Assembly (NCBI GenBank): GCA_964346655.1
Contig: CAYFVP010000055.1
Coordinates: 5,028 to 69,027, forward strand
Reading direction: 5' to 3'
Source: an uncultured Thermoplasmatales archaeon
GTDB taxonomy: Archaea > Thermoplasmatota > E2 > DHVEG-1
Length of the DNA stretch: 64,000 nt
Both the position numbers and the translations under genes were made by a program. The first letter of the stretch is position 1; the number at the start of each line of letters is the position of its first letter. Shown here one piece after another: positions 51,635 through 61,860 of the stretch. The notes beneath the pieces were generated by a model that was not told where the DNA came from, did no database searches, and worked only from the letters and a program-made list of their open reading frames with translations.

Positions 51635-52147
51635 TTAAAAAGGTTCATCCCAACAATTAAACTCATAGCCAATTACCCAAGTTAATAACCAAATCTCAGC
51701 AAAAGGAACAGCAAGTAAAGTAAGTATAAAAGCCTTTAAAGGTTCTTCTCCCAATAAATTATTGTATACATCTTTCAAATAATACAAAGTGTCTTTAAAT
51801 GAAAAATAAATATTTTTTAAAATATCACAAATTGGTCTATCGTTATTTAAATCTTTTAATGCAGAAATTCTAATAGATAATTTTTCCCATTTCTCTAATA
51901 AATCAGGATTGTTTATATAGAAAAACTTTAATATCTTTGTATAAACCTCTAATCTATTAAACATCCTATCCAATTTAACAAGATAACTGTTGCTTATTTC
52001 TTGACAATCAAAATCCTCTTCACTTTTATTATTAACTATAAATAATTCAGTTTCAATAGATATAGCAGAAGAATAACTAACTCCAATAAATAATATAATG
52101 ATACCCAGAGTAAGGGTTTTACTTAATAGATTTTGTTTTATATACAT
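51635..52147 (-). CDS. secreted/membrane hypothetical protein with the IIILFIGVSYSS leader
   Basis: N-terminal SKTLTLGIIILFIGVSYSSAISIE. Confidence 0.4.
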   Translation of the reverse strand: MYIKQNLLSKTLTLGIIILFIGVSYSSAISIETELFIVNNKSEEDFDCQEISNSYLVKLDRMFNRLEVYTKILKFFYINNPDLLEKWEKLSIRISALKDLNNDRPICDILKNIYFSFKDTLYYLKDVYNNLLGEEPLKAFILTLLAVPFAEIWLLTWVIGYEFNCWDEPF

Positions 52148-52449
52148 ACCTCCTCTTATCTTAGATATTTACAATTATTTGTAAATGTTTAAATTTATGC
52201 ATGAATTTTTTGATAAAATACCGATATTTAATATTTAAAATCCTAGTTTTGCACTTAAAATAAATAAAAAATTCGATTATAAATTAAAAATTGAAAAGTA
52301 TAGTTAAATCAGCTTATCAAGTAATTAAATTTTTTATATTATGAAGTATTAAAAGTTAAATATAGAATTATTACAAAATACGAATTATCAATAAAAAATC
52401 AGGTTGGTTTTATATTGATTTCTTATTGACCCTTTTTTTGAAAATGTTT

Positions 52450-52581
52450 TTAGATGGTTTCTAAGTCTTCTTCTGTGAAAAATTTTAATTCTGTCCCATC
52501 TGGAAGAATTGCAATTTTTACTTTTTCTCCTGTTTTTGGATCAACTTCATCTCGAAATATTGTTCCTTTAGGAAAATCCAT
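52450..52581 (-). CDS. unannotated 43-aa hypothetical protein
   Basis: strong GAGGGG SD 6 nt upstream of the ATG. Confidence 0.25.
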   Translation of the reverse strand: MDFPKGTIFRDEVDPKTGEKVKIAILPDGTELKFFTEEDLETI

Positions 52582-52719
52582 TTTTTCCCCTCACAAAATA
52601 CTATAATACATATTTGTTTTAAAAACTATACGACGATATCTATATATACATATAAATATACATTTGATAACCTTTTTACTATTGGTTTTGCATTTTTATT
52701 TAATACATAATTATGCAGA

Positions 52720-52741
52720 TGCATATGCAATTGCATATGCA
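52720..52741. repeat. 22-bp perfect palindrome TGCATATGCAATTGCATATGCA
   Basis: read directly; sits about 50 nt upstream of the wHTH regulator gene. Confidence 0.8.
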
Positions 52742-52792
52742 GGTATTTATACATAGAAGAATAATAATATAAATAGGGACTCACATCTACAT

Positions 52793-53140
52793 ATGGACGG
52801 GATGCAGGAAGATAATCAATTAGAGTCTTCTATCAATATCAGAAGACCCTTGGTTATTAGAGCTTTAAGGCGAAGCAATGTAAGAAAGAAAATAGCAGAA
52901 TATTTATTTGAAATTAGTCCTAGTAGTAGCTATACCTCTGAAATTGCTTATAATGTTAAAACCACCCCAACAAATGTAATTGGTGCAATTAGAGGAATGG
53001 GATCAAGGTATAAGGTTGATGAATCACTTTTAAATTTAAAAATTATTGAAGAAAAAAGCACTGGAAAAAATATTAAATTATATTGTTTAACTCCTTTTGG
53101 AAGAGAAATAATTTCATCTTTATTAAAAAAAGATATATAA
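52793..53140 (+). CDS. small winged-helix (MarR/ArsR-like) transcriptional regulator
   Basis: helix-turn-helix-like stretch VRKKIAEYLFEISPSSSYTSEIAYNV followed by a wing. Confidence 0.35.
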   Translation: MDGMQEDNQLESSINIRRPLVIRALRRSNVRKKIAEYLFEISPSSSYTSEIAYNVKTTPTNVIGAIRGMGSRYKVDESLLNLKIIEEKSTGKNIKLYCLTPFGREIISSLLKKDI

Positions 53141-53194
53141 TTTTTTTAATATTATTTAAAAAACATTACAAAAAAACATAAAAAACATGTATTA

Positions 53195-53344
53195 CTCATC
53201 TTGAAATTGCTCTCTCATTTCTTGTCTTTCTGCCAATATTTCCTCACTGTAATATTTGCTTCTACAATTTGGGCATGTAATTGGGGATTCCTCTGAACTT
53301 CTCACCCATCTATGTCCACAAAATGGACAATTTTCTTTTTTCAA
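53195..53344 (-). CDS. unannotated 49-aa zinc-ribbon protein (TTG start)
   Basis: CPFC...17 aa...CPNC; GGGGG SD before the TTG. Confidence 0.3.
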
Positions 53345-53566
53345 TTTGAAGCCCCCGTGTAAAGAATATAATATAGGCAGTTTAAAAATATATCTGTTAT
53401 ATTAATTTTTTTACATTTTTTTATTTGTTTTAAAATTTTGAAATTTTGAATTTTTAAAGAGTCAATCTAATTAAAGAATCTAAATATAAAAGATAAATAT
53501 CATTGAATTAAATATGAATTTTGATATATTTATTTTTTCAAAGATATTTTTTATTTATTTGATAGT

Positions 53567-53704
53567 TTAATTAGAACCGTTTTTCCACTTATATTCTAAT
53601 TTTTTCAGGTGAGGGGGAACCTTTTTACCATTCTTTTTTCTAAAACCTTCTACTGGTTGCCATTTTATTCCATACTCTCCGATTTTACTATATTTATGTT
53701 TCAT
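53567..53704 (-). CDS. unannotated 45-aa basic protein
   Basis: AGGAGG SD 7 nt upstream of the ATG; Lys-rich. Confidence 0.3.
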   Translation of the reverse strand: MKHKYSKIGEYGIKWQPVEGFRKKNGKKVPPHLKKLEYKWKNGSN

Positions 53705-53821
53705 TTTTTTCCTCCTAACTTCTTCTCATGCTATTTAATAACACGCTTACCTTTTGAATTTATTTATATATAAAGCTAATGTGGAAAAATGTCAAAATGA
53801 AAAAAAATTTAGGAATAAAAT

Positions 53822-54643
53822 CTATAGTTCAGACAGTTTATTCCTTGCAATTTTTACATAAGATTCATCTATTTCAAAGCCAATAAAATCCAACCTTAAT
53901 CTTTTACATGCAATAGCAGTTGAACCAATCCCCATGAATGGATCTAATACAAGTTTTACTTTTTCAACACCATGCAATTTTAAACATGTCTCAGGTAATC
54001 TTATAGGAAAAACAGAGGGATGCGGGCGGGATACTTGAATTGTTTCATAAGGAATAAACCACGTATTTCCACGAGGACGTAAATCATCAATTGCTTTTTT
54101 CCATCGACCAATGTTACTTTTATCTTGGTAACAAACGCCTATCGCCATTTTATTTAATTTTACATCTCCACTTAATGTAAAATGAAAAACATACTCATGA
54201 CAGCCACTCAAATATCTTTCACTATTTACTGGTTGGTAATGACCAACAGAAATATCATTATTTATATTTGTATAATTTCCAACATCTTGTTTTGAAATAG
54301 AAATTGATTTTATCCAATGAATTACATTTTGTAAAATAAAATATTTTCTAAAACGCTGAGCAATATCAAATGGAATCCAAAGGTCAGTTGGTTTCCCGCC
54401 AACATTTAAAAAAAATGAAGAATTGTCATTCATTACATCTTTACATTCTTTTGCCAAATGTTCCAACCAATTAAGATACTCTTCTCTTGGTTTTTCATCA
54501 TAATAATTACTATATTTTTTACCAATATTATAGGGTGGTGAAGTAACAATTACATCTGAAAATAAAGACTGCTCTTTCATAAGGCCAATTCCTTTTATGC
54601 AGTCCATTAAATATATATTATTTAACTCAAGTTGAAGATACAT
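53822..54643 (-). CDS. beta-class DNA amino-methyltransferase (N6-adenine or N4-cytosine), orphan
   Basis: motif [13 protein letters not shown] followed later by motif [11 protein letters not shown] (beta order). Confidence 0.75.
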   Translation of the reverse strand: MYLQLELNNIYLMDCIKGIGLMKEQSLFSDVIVTSPPYNIGKKYSNYYDEKPREEYLNWLEHLAKECKDVMNDNSSFFLNVGGKPTDLWIPFDIAQRFRKYFILQNVIHWIKSISISKQDVGNYTNINNDISVGHYQPVNSERYLSGCHEYVFHFTLSGDVKLNKMAIGVCYQDKSNIGRWKKAIDDLRPRGNTWFIPYETIQVSRPHPSVFPIRLPETCLKLHGVEKVKLVLDPFMGIGSTAIACKRLRLDFIGFEIDESYVKIARNKLSEL

Positions 54644-54659
54644 ATTATCTAAAATTTTT

Positions 54660-56117
54660 TTATTTTTTGTTTTTTTCAATATTGATATCTTCAGTAATAT
54701 TGGCAAGACGTTTTGCAAGTTTTATATAATGATTAATATCTGTTTTTGCATTTATTACTAACTTTGCACTATCTGGAGAACCACCTCCATGCATGCATCC
54801 CGGAACTCCTGCACCCAAGGTAAGCCACTCTACTAACCTTGCTATTTTTGCTCGGGTTTCCCCTGAACAGTTTGCCTGTAAATATTTCTTTAATAACTTT
54901 CCATATTTTGGATCATTAATATCTTTACATGAAGGTAAACAACCAGTTTCAGCAATTCCTCCTGCAATATCCTGAGTAATTCTTTTTGTTTCATAGGGAA
55001 GTTTTGCCACATGAACCTTATTAATGTTTGAAAGAAGTTGATCTGGAATCCAGACACCAGAGGGATGTTTTTTCCCAAGAACGCCTGCTGCAATTCCCAT
55101 ACCAAAGGTTGTTTCATTGTTAATTATCATTTGAGTAATTTTTTCTCTAAACACTTTTTCAGAAAGACCATTTGCTCGAGCCATAAGAACGGCTGCACCA
55201 ACCATTACATCTCCTTGACCTGCTACGCAACCGCCAATTGCAGCTCTATATGGAGCAATAAAATTCATTATAGCTTTTGTTGAATAATCAAATTCACCAC
55301 ACATAAAAACTCTTTCATTTGGAATAAATACATCTTCAAACAATAGATATGCTTGAGTTATACCACCAATATCAACAGGGATATCAAAACCATTTTCTAG
55401 TTCTCTATTATCACTTGGTCTTCTGGTTTCCACGATTGTTAGGTTTTTAATATCTCGAGGAATAACAAAAGAAATTGCATAATCTTTATCAACTTCTTTA
55501 TATCCAGATCCCGGCATTATAAAAATCTCATTTGCTGCAGCAACCCCACAGATCATGACCTTTGCACCGCGGACAATAATTCCATTATCTTTTTTTTCAA
55601 TAACATGTAAACACAAATCAGGATCTTTTTGATTGGACGGAGATTTAGTTCGATTTCCCTTTGGATCAGTAAGTGCACCCGAAATAGTAATATCGCGATC
55701 TTGGGCAGATTTCAGCCAATTATGAATTCTTTTATGATACACAGTTCCAAGATCTTTATCCATATCAAAGGTTGTTGCCCACATTGAATTAAATGCATTA
55801 AACCCTGCACATCTACCTCCAGTACAAGTACCAGTAAGATTAAACATCAATCTTTTCATATGCAGATTTGCAATCATATCTTGAGCACTAGTAATAATAG
55901 AAAGATATCTTGATACCTGTTTACCACTTATACTTGATTTAGTAGTTAGAATATCTTTATACTCATCTTTAAAAGATGCATCAAAAATCTGGGCATGTCC
56001 TGCAACTGTTCTCTTAGTTGCAGGGTGAATTGTTACATCTTTTATAAGTTCACCAAATTTGTAAATATTTGGTTTCATTTTTCGAAGGCTTTCTTTGTAA
56101 TCCTTACCTGTTTTCAT
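54660..56117 (-). CDS. abfD: 4-hydroxybutyryl-CoA dehydratase / vinylacetyl-CoA delta-isomerase
   Basis: near-colinear blocks with Clostridium aminobutyricum AbfD ([67 protein letters not shown]). Confidence 0.85.
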   Translation of the reverse strand: MKTGKDYKESLRKMKPNIYKFGELIKDVTIHPATKRTVAGHAQIFDASFKDEYKDILTTKSSISGKQVSRYLSIITSAQDMIANLHMKRLMFNLTGTCTGGRCAGFNAFNSMWATTFDMDKDLGTVYHKRIHNWLKSAQDRDITISGALTDPKGNRTKSPSNQKDPDLCLHVIEKKDNGIIVRGAKVMICGVAAANEIFIMPGSGYKEVDKDYAISFVIPRDIKNLTIVETRRPSDNRELENGFDIPVDIGGITQAYLLFEDVFIPNERVFMCGEFDYSTKAIMNFIAPYRAAIGGCVAGQGDVMVGAAVLMARANGLSEKVFREKITQMIINNETTFGMGIAAGVLGKKHPSGVWIPDQLLSNINKVHVAKLPYETKRITQDIAGGIAETGCLPSCKDINDPKYGKLLKKYLQANCSGETRAKIARLVEWLTLGAGVPGCMHGGGSPDSAKLVINAKTDINHYIKLAKRLANITEDINIEKNKK

Positions 56118-56321
56118 ATTTATTTTTTCCCTTTCACTTTAAATTCCCATTTTGGAAAAGTTAACTTGATTTAATTTTTTTGATTTACTAGTGTTTTCTC
56201 ATTATTATTTTATATTTTTTTAAGATGTCAATCAAGTCCTATTATTTAACTTTTTAATTTATGATAATTTTTTTTCTTGTTTTTTTATCAAATTATATAG
56301 GGTTGTAAGCCTAAAAAATTG

Positions 56322-57254
56322 ATGAGTCAATCTTTTGAAAATTTATTCTATAAGCAGCAATTAATCCCTGATTCATTGGTGGATGGTGGGGATGGTGTTC
56401 AATGTGTGGGCGGAGCCACCATTGAACAGGATTCCTTCTCAGATTCTTATGATAAAAGTTCATTATGTTCTCCTTTAGGAACTTTTGTAAATTTAGAATA
56501 TATTTTTGAAACGTATCCTGTTGTTAAAAGAATTTTTGATAAGATCTCTAGGTGTGGTATTATTTATCCAGAGTTTCTAAATATTAAAACCTTGGATACA
56601 ATTAATATTAAGGCTTTTTGTGATAATCGTGTGTGTAAAAATCCTGAATGTCAGAAACATCGTCTTTTAAAGTTTATGAAGGAGCATATGTATCAGATAT
56701 TTGATATTCAGAAAGATATGAGGAAGCCTAAGGCTTGGATTTTTACTGTTCCTCATAAAAAATATCCTATTGATAGGAAATATTGTATGAATAAACTAAA
56801 ATTTCTTTTTTATCTCTTATCGAAGGATAAACATTCAAGTTTTGGATCTAGTTCTTTATTTTCAGTTCATATGGAGATTAAGTCTAGTGTTAATAGTTGG
56901 TTTTTACATTTTCATATTGTTAGTGGTGGTATTACTAATCTTAGGTTTATTAAAAAAAAGTGGAAATATATGATTAGATATCAAGTGGCAATTAGTCCTA
57001 AGCAGCTTTCTCGTTATGTTTCAAAATATGCTTCTAAAACACCTTTTTTTCCAAATAAATTGGCTTTCTTTGAGTATGCTCAAGCTGTTTATAAACTTCA
57101 GATGCATCGTTTTTCAACGAAGATAAAAAAATCTAAAATTGTATCTGATTGGGTTCTTATTGGTATTAGTGGATATAGTAAATCCAATGATTTATTTAGT
57201 GATATGAGTCAGTATTTGGATAGATATGTTGATGATTTTGGTTATGGGAGTTAA
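56322..57254 (+). CDS. HUH-endonuclease rolling-circle Rep (superfamily I, phiX174 gpA-like two-Tyr motif) with a Cys/His zinc finger
   Basis: motif I AWIFTVP, motif II LHFHIVS, motif III YVSKYASK (compare phiX174 YVAKYVNK), CDNRVCKNPECQKH. Confidence 0.55.
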   Translation: MSQSFENLFYKQQLIPDSLVDGGDGVQCVGGATIEQDSFSDSYDKSSLCSPLGTFVNLEYIFETYPVVKRIFDKISRCGIIYPEFLNIKTLDTINIKAFCDNRVCKNPECQKHRLLKFMKEHMYQIFDIQKDMRKPKAWIFTVPHKKYPIDRKYCMNKLKFLFYLLSKDKHSSFGSSSLFSVHMEIKSSVNSWFLHFHIVSGGITNLRFIKKKWKYMIRYQVAISPKQLSRYVSKYASKTPFFPNKLAFFEYAQAVYKLQMHRFSTKIKKSKIVSDWVLIGISGYSKSNDLFSDMSQYLDRYVDDFGYGS

Positions 57255-57343
57255 TTAAGAATCAAAATTGTTCTCCTATTATTCTAATTTAGGTTGTTAA
57301 ATATTTCCTCGTTATATAATCAAATGATTCATTCTTTGAAATT

Positions 57344-59287
57344 TTAAAAGAGTTTCAGTACCCTTATGTTTTTTATTATAGTTTTATCATATATTCCATT
57401 GCATATCAGCTTAATATTATGAAATCCAAATTTTACTTCATCCCATGAATAGGTGTATAATGAAAATCTATCTGCTCGTTTAAATTTCTCATCAATGTAA
57501 AACTCTACTTCGGCTAGATTTTCAGATCCATTGACCTCAATATTTATTTTACCTATTATTATCGGGAAGATAAACGGAATTAATTTTTTATTATTCAAAT
57601 ATATTCCAGGTTTTGGTTTTTCGACACTGATGTTCAATAAAACAGGTTGCATTACAAAATCAATTTGTAAGGTTTCACCATCTTGAATTGGATATTTTTC
57701 AGTTCCTGAAGGATAGTGTCCATCTGCAGTAGCATGAAGTCTTACTTCTCCAGCGGCAACATTCATCTCATAATATCCTGAATTATCTGTTTCTGTGTGA
57801 TTTCCTCCGCAATAATCTCCATTTTCATCATATGAAGAAGCTGAAACATAGGCACCTTTAATTTCTGGATGAGTAGTAGTATCGCTTTTAATATAACCTT
57901 TTACAACTGAATTTTTAGGAGGATATGGGTCTAATGAGATATTCAGCAATATGGTTTCATCTTCTCCTATCATGTAGGTATCAGATCTAAAACTATAATA
58001 TTCTCCACTTGAAGCAGAAACATAAATTGAGATATTCCCAGGTGCAATATTCATTTCGTAAAATCCTAGATTATCTGCCAAAGTATTTTTACTAAAGTGA
58101 TGACCTTGTCCATCAAACCAAATACACCTTATATGAGCCTCTTCTATTGGATCATTTGTATTATTGTCAGTAATATATCCCGTTATTTTTGCTGTTTGGG
58201 GAGGAATTTCATATAGTGTTTGGTCCCAATAATATGTTTCACCTTCATTTATATGATCGTGAAGGCCATAAGAGGAAGTATGGTGATATGTAAATGCATC
58301 AATCCAAAAATCAGATTCTGCAACCATTATTTCATAGTATCCATCTGCATCTGTAAAAGTGAAATTCCAATCAAAATGAGGAATTTCATAATTATCTGAC
58401 ATTACTTCTATTAAGACATTTTCTATTGGTTCACCTGATTGTTCTTCTGTTACATATCCACATATCATCGCGGAATCTGGATATCTAGGATAAAGGTGGA
58501 TGATAAACTCTGTCGTCTCTCCATCTCCAACTAGTTTTTCTCTTTTATATGTTTCATAATAATCCTCTGCATAAACCCATGGCATTGCCTCTCCTGCAGC
58601 AACGTTTACACTGAAAAAACCATTATCATCAGTAACTGTATATAACCATTCTCCATGATCATTGTTATCACTCCAGGTTATATCAACAACAGCGCCTTCA
58701 ATAGGATCTGCGTTATCAGCATGATATACATATCCATTAACAACAGAATTCTTTGCAGGAGCTCCAGGTGTTAATGTTTTATTTATCCAATTAATCTCCT
58801 CGTCATGTAAATGAAGAATATCACGAAAGCCATAGTAACCTTCAGCACTAACAAAATAAATTACCTCACCATAAAAGATTTTTTCTAAATTTATTTCATA
58901 ATATCCTGTTGAATCAGTAGTTGTTTCATCTCTATCAAAACTTAAATGTTTACCAATTGAAATTATTAAAATAGTTGCATCTTCAATAGGTAAACCGTTA
59001 TTTTCATCTGTGATAAAACCTTTTAGTGTATAATCAAAATAACCTTGATAAAAAATAGGTTCATTGGAATTTTCATAAAAAAGTGTGTCTTTTATTTTTA
59101 AATCATAAAATTTACATACTTCTTCTATAGGTCGTAAGTTTTTTTGCTCTTCAATATTAAGATATTTTGTTTCAGTTATGATGTGATTAATAGATATTGG
59201 ATTATTCTTTACCAGCCCCATTATTGTTGGAGATAAACTAGTCCCAATAAACAATAATATAATCATATAAGCAATTTTTTTCTTCAT
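57344..59287 (-). CDS. secreted surface protein with about six CarboxypepD_reg-like repeats and the IILLFIGTSLSP leader
   Basis: recurring G(Y/F)YE(M/I)N(V/I)AAGE blocks roughly every 95 aa; N-terminal signal peptide. Confidence 0.55.
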   Translation of the reverse strand: MKKKIAYMIILLFIGTSLSPTIMGLVKNNPISINHIITETKYLNIEEQKNLRPIEEVCKFYDLKIKDTLFYENSNEPIFYQGYFDYTLKGFITDENNGLPIEDATILIISIGKHLSFDRDETTTDSTGYYEINLEKIFYGEVIYFVSAEGYYGFRDILHLHDEEINWINKTLTPGAPAKNSVVNGYVYHADNADPIEGAVVDITWSDNNDHGEWLYTVTDDNGFFSVNVAAGEAMPWVYAEDYYETYKREKLVGDGETTEFIIHLYPRYPDSAMICGYVTEEQSGEPIENVLIEVMSDNYEIPHFDWNFTFTDADGYYEIMVAESDFWIDAFTYHHTSSYGLHDHINEGETYYWDQTLYEIPPQTAKITGYITDNNTNDPIEEAHIRCIWFDGQGHHFSKNTLADNLGFYEMNIAPGNISIYVSASSGEYYSFRSDTYMIGEDETILLNISLDPYPPKNSVVKGYIKSDTTTHPEIKGAYVSASSYDENGDYCGGNHTETDNSGYYEMNVAAGEVRLHATADGHYPSGTEKYPIQDGETLQIDFVMQPVLLNISVEKPKPGIYLNNKKLIPFIFPIIIGKINIEVNGSENLAEVEFYIDEKFKRADRFSLYTYSWDEVKFGFHNIKLICNGIYDKTIIKNIRVLKLF

Positions 59288-59561
59288 ATTGTTCCTCCCT
59301 TTTCTTATTATATATTAAAATTGCAATATATAAGATTTATTAAGATATTTATAGTCAAATCTTGAAAAAAATAAAATAATTTACTATTTTGCACAAAAAT
59401 AGAACAATGATATTCATTTATTGAACATTATCTTAGAGATTATTTTAAACACAAATAAATATAATTTTAAAAAAATATTATATTCAAAACTCTTTACTTG
59501 TTCATATTGCCAGTAAATATGCACTTTATATGATGAGGATAAACCTAATTAAACTGAATGA

Positions 59562-60101
59562 TTATATTGTAAATTCCCATTCGCACCACAAATTATTAGG
59601 ATGCATATCAGGAGGACAAACATTACATCTAACTTTTATATCAGGATTAAACTCTTTGGCAAATGCCTTTAAAAAACCATATCTAACAGGTTTACATCCA
59701 AACTCAACAAGGCCTTTTTTAATCCTTGTATTTTGAACACGACATTTAACATTTCTAATTATTGCCCTGTTAGTTTCAACAATTATTTCTTTATCTTCAA
59801 GATCAAGAGCCCAACCAGAATAACTAAGTGCTTTTATTAGAGAAGGAATATCATTTTTTTTAATTTCGAATAATTCTTTAATTCTACGAGATTCAATCTT
59901 TCCCATTACTTCCCATACTTTTTTATCAATTTCGGTTGCAGCATTAGTTCCAAATTTTTCTTCAATTCCAAGATAATAAAGCCCATCAACTGTCCACAGA
60001 TTCCTTAAATGCATAAAGATAAAATCAGCAAGTTTATCACTAGGAATTTCTTCTATTAACTTTTTATCCTTAACTCGACTAATAATTAAACACCTCATCA
60101 A
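59562..60101 (-). CDS. hypothetical Cys-containing protein downstream of etfA
   Basis: ORF only; C-terminal CNVCPP...WCEWEF. Confidence 0.25.
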   Translation of the reverse strand: MMRCLIISRVKDKKLIEEIPSDKLADFIFMHLRNLWTVDGLYYLGIEEKFGTNAATEIDKKVWEVMGKIESRRIKELFEIKKNDIPSLIKALSYSGWALDLEDKEIIVETNRAIIRNVKCRVQNTRIKKGLVEFGCKPVRYGFLKAFAKEFNPDIKVRCNVCPPDMHPNNLWCEWEFTI

Positions 60102-60135
60102 GATTTTAATTTATTAATAAATAAAAATCAGGATA

Positions 60136-61092
60136 TTATACCAATTTTTCTTTAACAGCATTTGTAAGTTTTGGAAGAACCTGATAAAGATCTCCAACTA
60201 TCCCATAATCTGCGGATTTGAATATAAGTGCCTCAGGATCTTTATTAATTGCAACAATTATTCCTGAGTCTCTCATACCAGCTATATGTTGAATCTGACC
60301 AGATATTCCTGCAGCAATATATAGTTTGGGCTTAACTTTATGACCGGATAGTCCAATCCAATGATCCTCAGATAGCCATTTAAGGTCAGCTGCAATAGGC
60401 CTACTGCAACCAACAGTTTTTCCTTTTAGAACGTCAGCAAGTTCCTGTACCAATTTTATATCGTCCTTGTTTTTAAATCCTCGACCACAGGATACAATTA
60501 TTTCCGCATCTTCAACATTAACTTCACCTGTTTTCATCTCTTGAACCTTTAATATTTTAGAATCAGATTTTTCAATATCAAATTTCTTTTTGGTAATGTC
60601 GCCTTTGCGTTTATCATCTTTTGGAAGAGGATCAAATACTTTTGGTGGAATTGTGATAATTTCAGGTTTGGAATTGAATTGTTTAACAGCTATAGCATTA
60701 CCACTATATACAACACGTTCGACAGTGAGTTTTTTATCTTTTAAATATACATTTATACAATCAATTTCACAACCTGCATTAAGTTTACCTGCTAGTCTTG
60801 AGGCAAGTTCTTTACCATTTTTATTAGACCCAATTAAAATTGTATCAATTTTAGTTTCTTTGACAATATTTTCTAAAATATCTGCAAATTCCTCTGCTTT
60901 GAATGAATTAAGATTTGTTTCTGCAACAAGCACATTTTCTGCTCCATAGGAAATATATTCTTTTGCTAGAGCATCATCGCTTTTTCCAATTATTATTGCT
61001 GTGAGCTTTGTTTTAAGTTCTTTTGCAAGTTCACTACCCTTATTTAAAAGCTCAAAAGTCAATTTTTTATCATCAGAATAAACCAGAACCAT
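60136..61092 (-). CDS. etfA: electron transfer flavoprotein alpha subunit
   Basis: C-terminal FAD-binding blocks of the Etf alpha family. Confidence 0.8.
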   Translation of the reverse strand: MVLVYSDDKKLTFELLNKGSELAKELKTKLTAIIIGKSDDALAKEYISYGAENVLVAETNLNSFKAEEFADILENIVKETKIDTILIGSNKNGKELASRLAGKLNAGCEIDCINVYLKDKKLTVERVVYSGNAIAVKQFNSKPEIITIPPKVFDPLPKDDKRKGDITKKKFDIEKSDSKILKVQEMKTGEVNVEDAEIIVSCGRGFKNKDDIKLVQELADVLKGKTVGCSRPIAADLKWLSEDHWIGLSGHKVKPKLYIAAGISGQIQHIAGMRDSGIIVAINKDPEALIFKSADYGIVGDLYQVLPKLTNAVKEKLV

Positions 61093-61098
61093 TTGAAA

Positions 61099-61860
61099 TC
61101 ACCTCAAAACTCCCTCTTTAGCAAGACTATCGATAAGTTTATTTACAGATTCATCTAAATCATCTTGATAAATAATATTTTTTCTTTCCATAGGAACTCC
61201 TTTTAATTCAATAGTTTCAACAAGTGGTTTCATTCCACTTTCAATAGAATCAGCAGTCCACTCGTTAATTGGTTTATTTGCAGCACCTAATATTTGCATA
61301 AGACTAGGAAGTCTTGGCTCATTTATTTCTTTAGTAACAGTAATAAGAACAGGATATGTTGACTCCTCTGTTACTGCTGTATCACCCATATTTCTTTCAG
61401 CTGTAAGTTTGGTCTTTTCAGCATTAACACTTTGTGCATAAGTGATTTGTGGAATATTTAAAAGGCCTGCAAGACGAGGACCAATTTGACCAGAAAACAT
61501 ATCAATAGATGCTTCACCACATAAGATAAGGTCGTATTCGCCTATTTTTTTAATAGCCCCTGCTAATAGATTTGATACAATATGATAATCATGTTTTTCT
61601 GGAGGAATTACAAGTACCCCTTCATCTGCACCCATAGCCAAAAGTTCCTTTATTCGTTCTTTAGCATCAGCCGGTCCGATAGTTACAACTGTTATCTTAC
61701 CACCATGTTTATCCTTGATTTTTATTGCCTCCTCCAGTGCGTTCTTATCAATGTCACTTATTTTCTGTGGAACTCCTTGAAAAATTGGCTTTTTTGTATT
61801 TGTATCAATTTTCATTTCAGATACATCAACAACTTGTTTTGCACAAACAATTATATTCAT
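61099..61860 (-). CDS. etfB: electron transfer flavoprotein beta subunit
   Basis: N-terminal MNIIVCAKQV; Etf beta family. Confidence 0.8.
   Translation of the reverse strand: MNIIVCAKQVVDVSEMKIDTNTKKPIFQGVPQKISDIDKNALEEAIKIKDKHGGKITVVTIGPADAKERIKELLAMGADEGVLVIPPEKHDYHIVSNLLAGAIKKIGEYDLILCGEASIDMFSGQIGPRLAGLLNIPQITYAQSVNAEKTKLTAERNMGDTAVTEESTYPVLITVTKEINEPRLPSLMQILGAANKPINEWTADSIESGMKPLVETIELKGVPMERKNIIYQDDLDESVNKLIDSLAKEGVLR

Noticed and set aside
59530-59736. 68-aa plus-strand ORF
   Set aside because: Antisense to, and nested within, the minus-strand ORF 59562..60101 and the downstream intergenic region. No SD.
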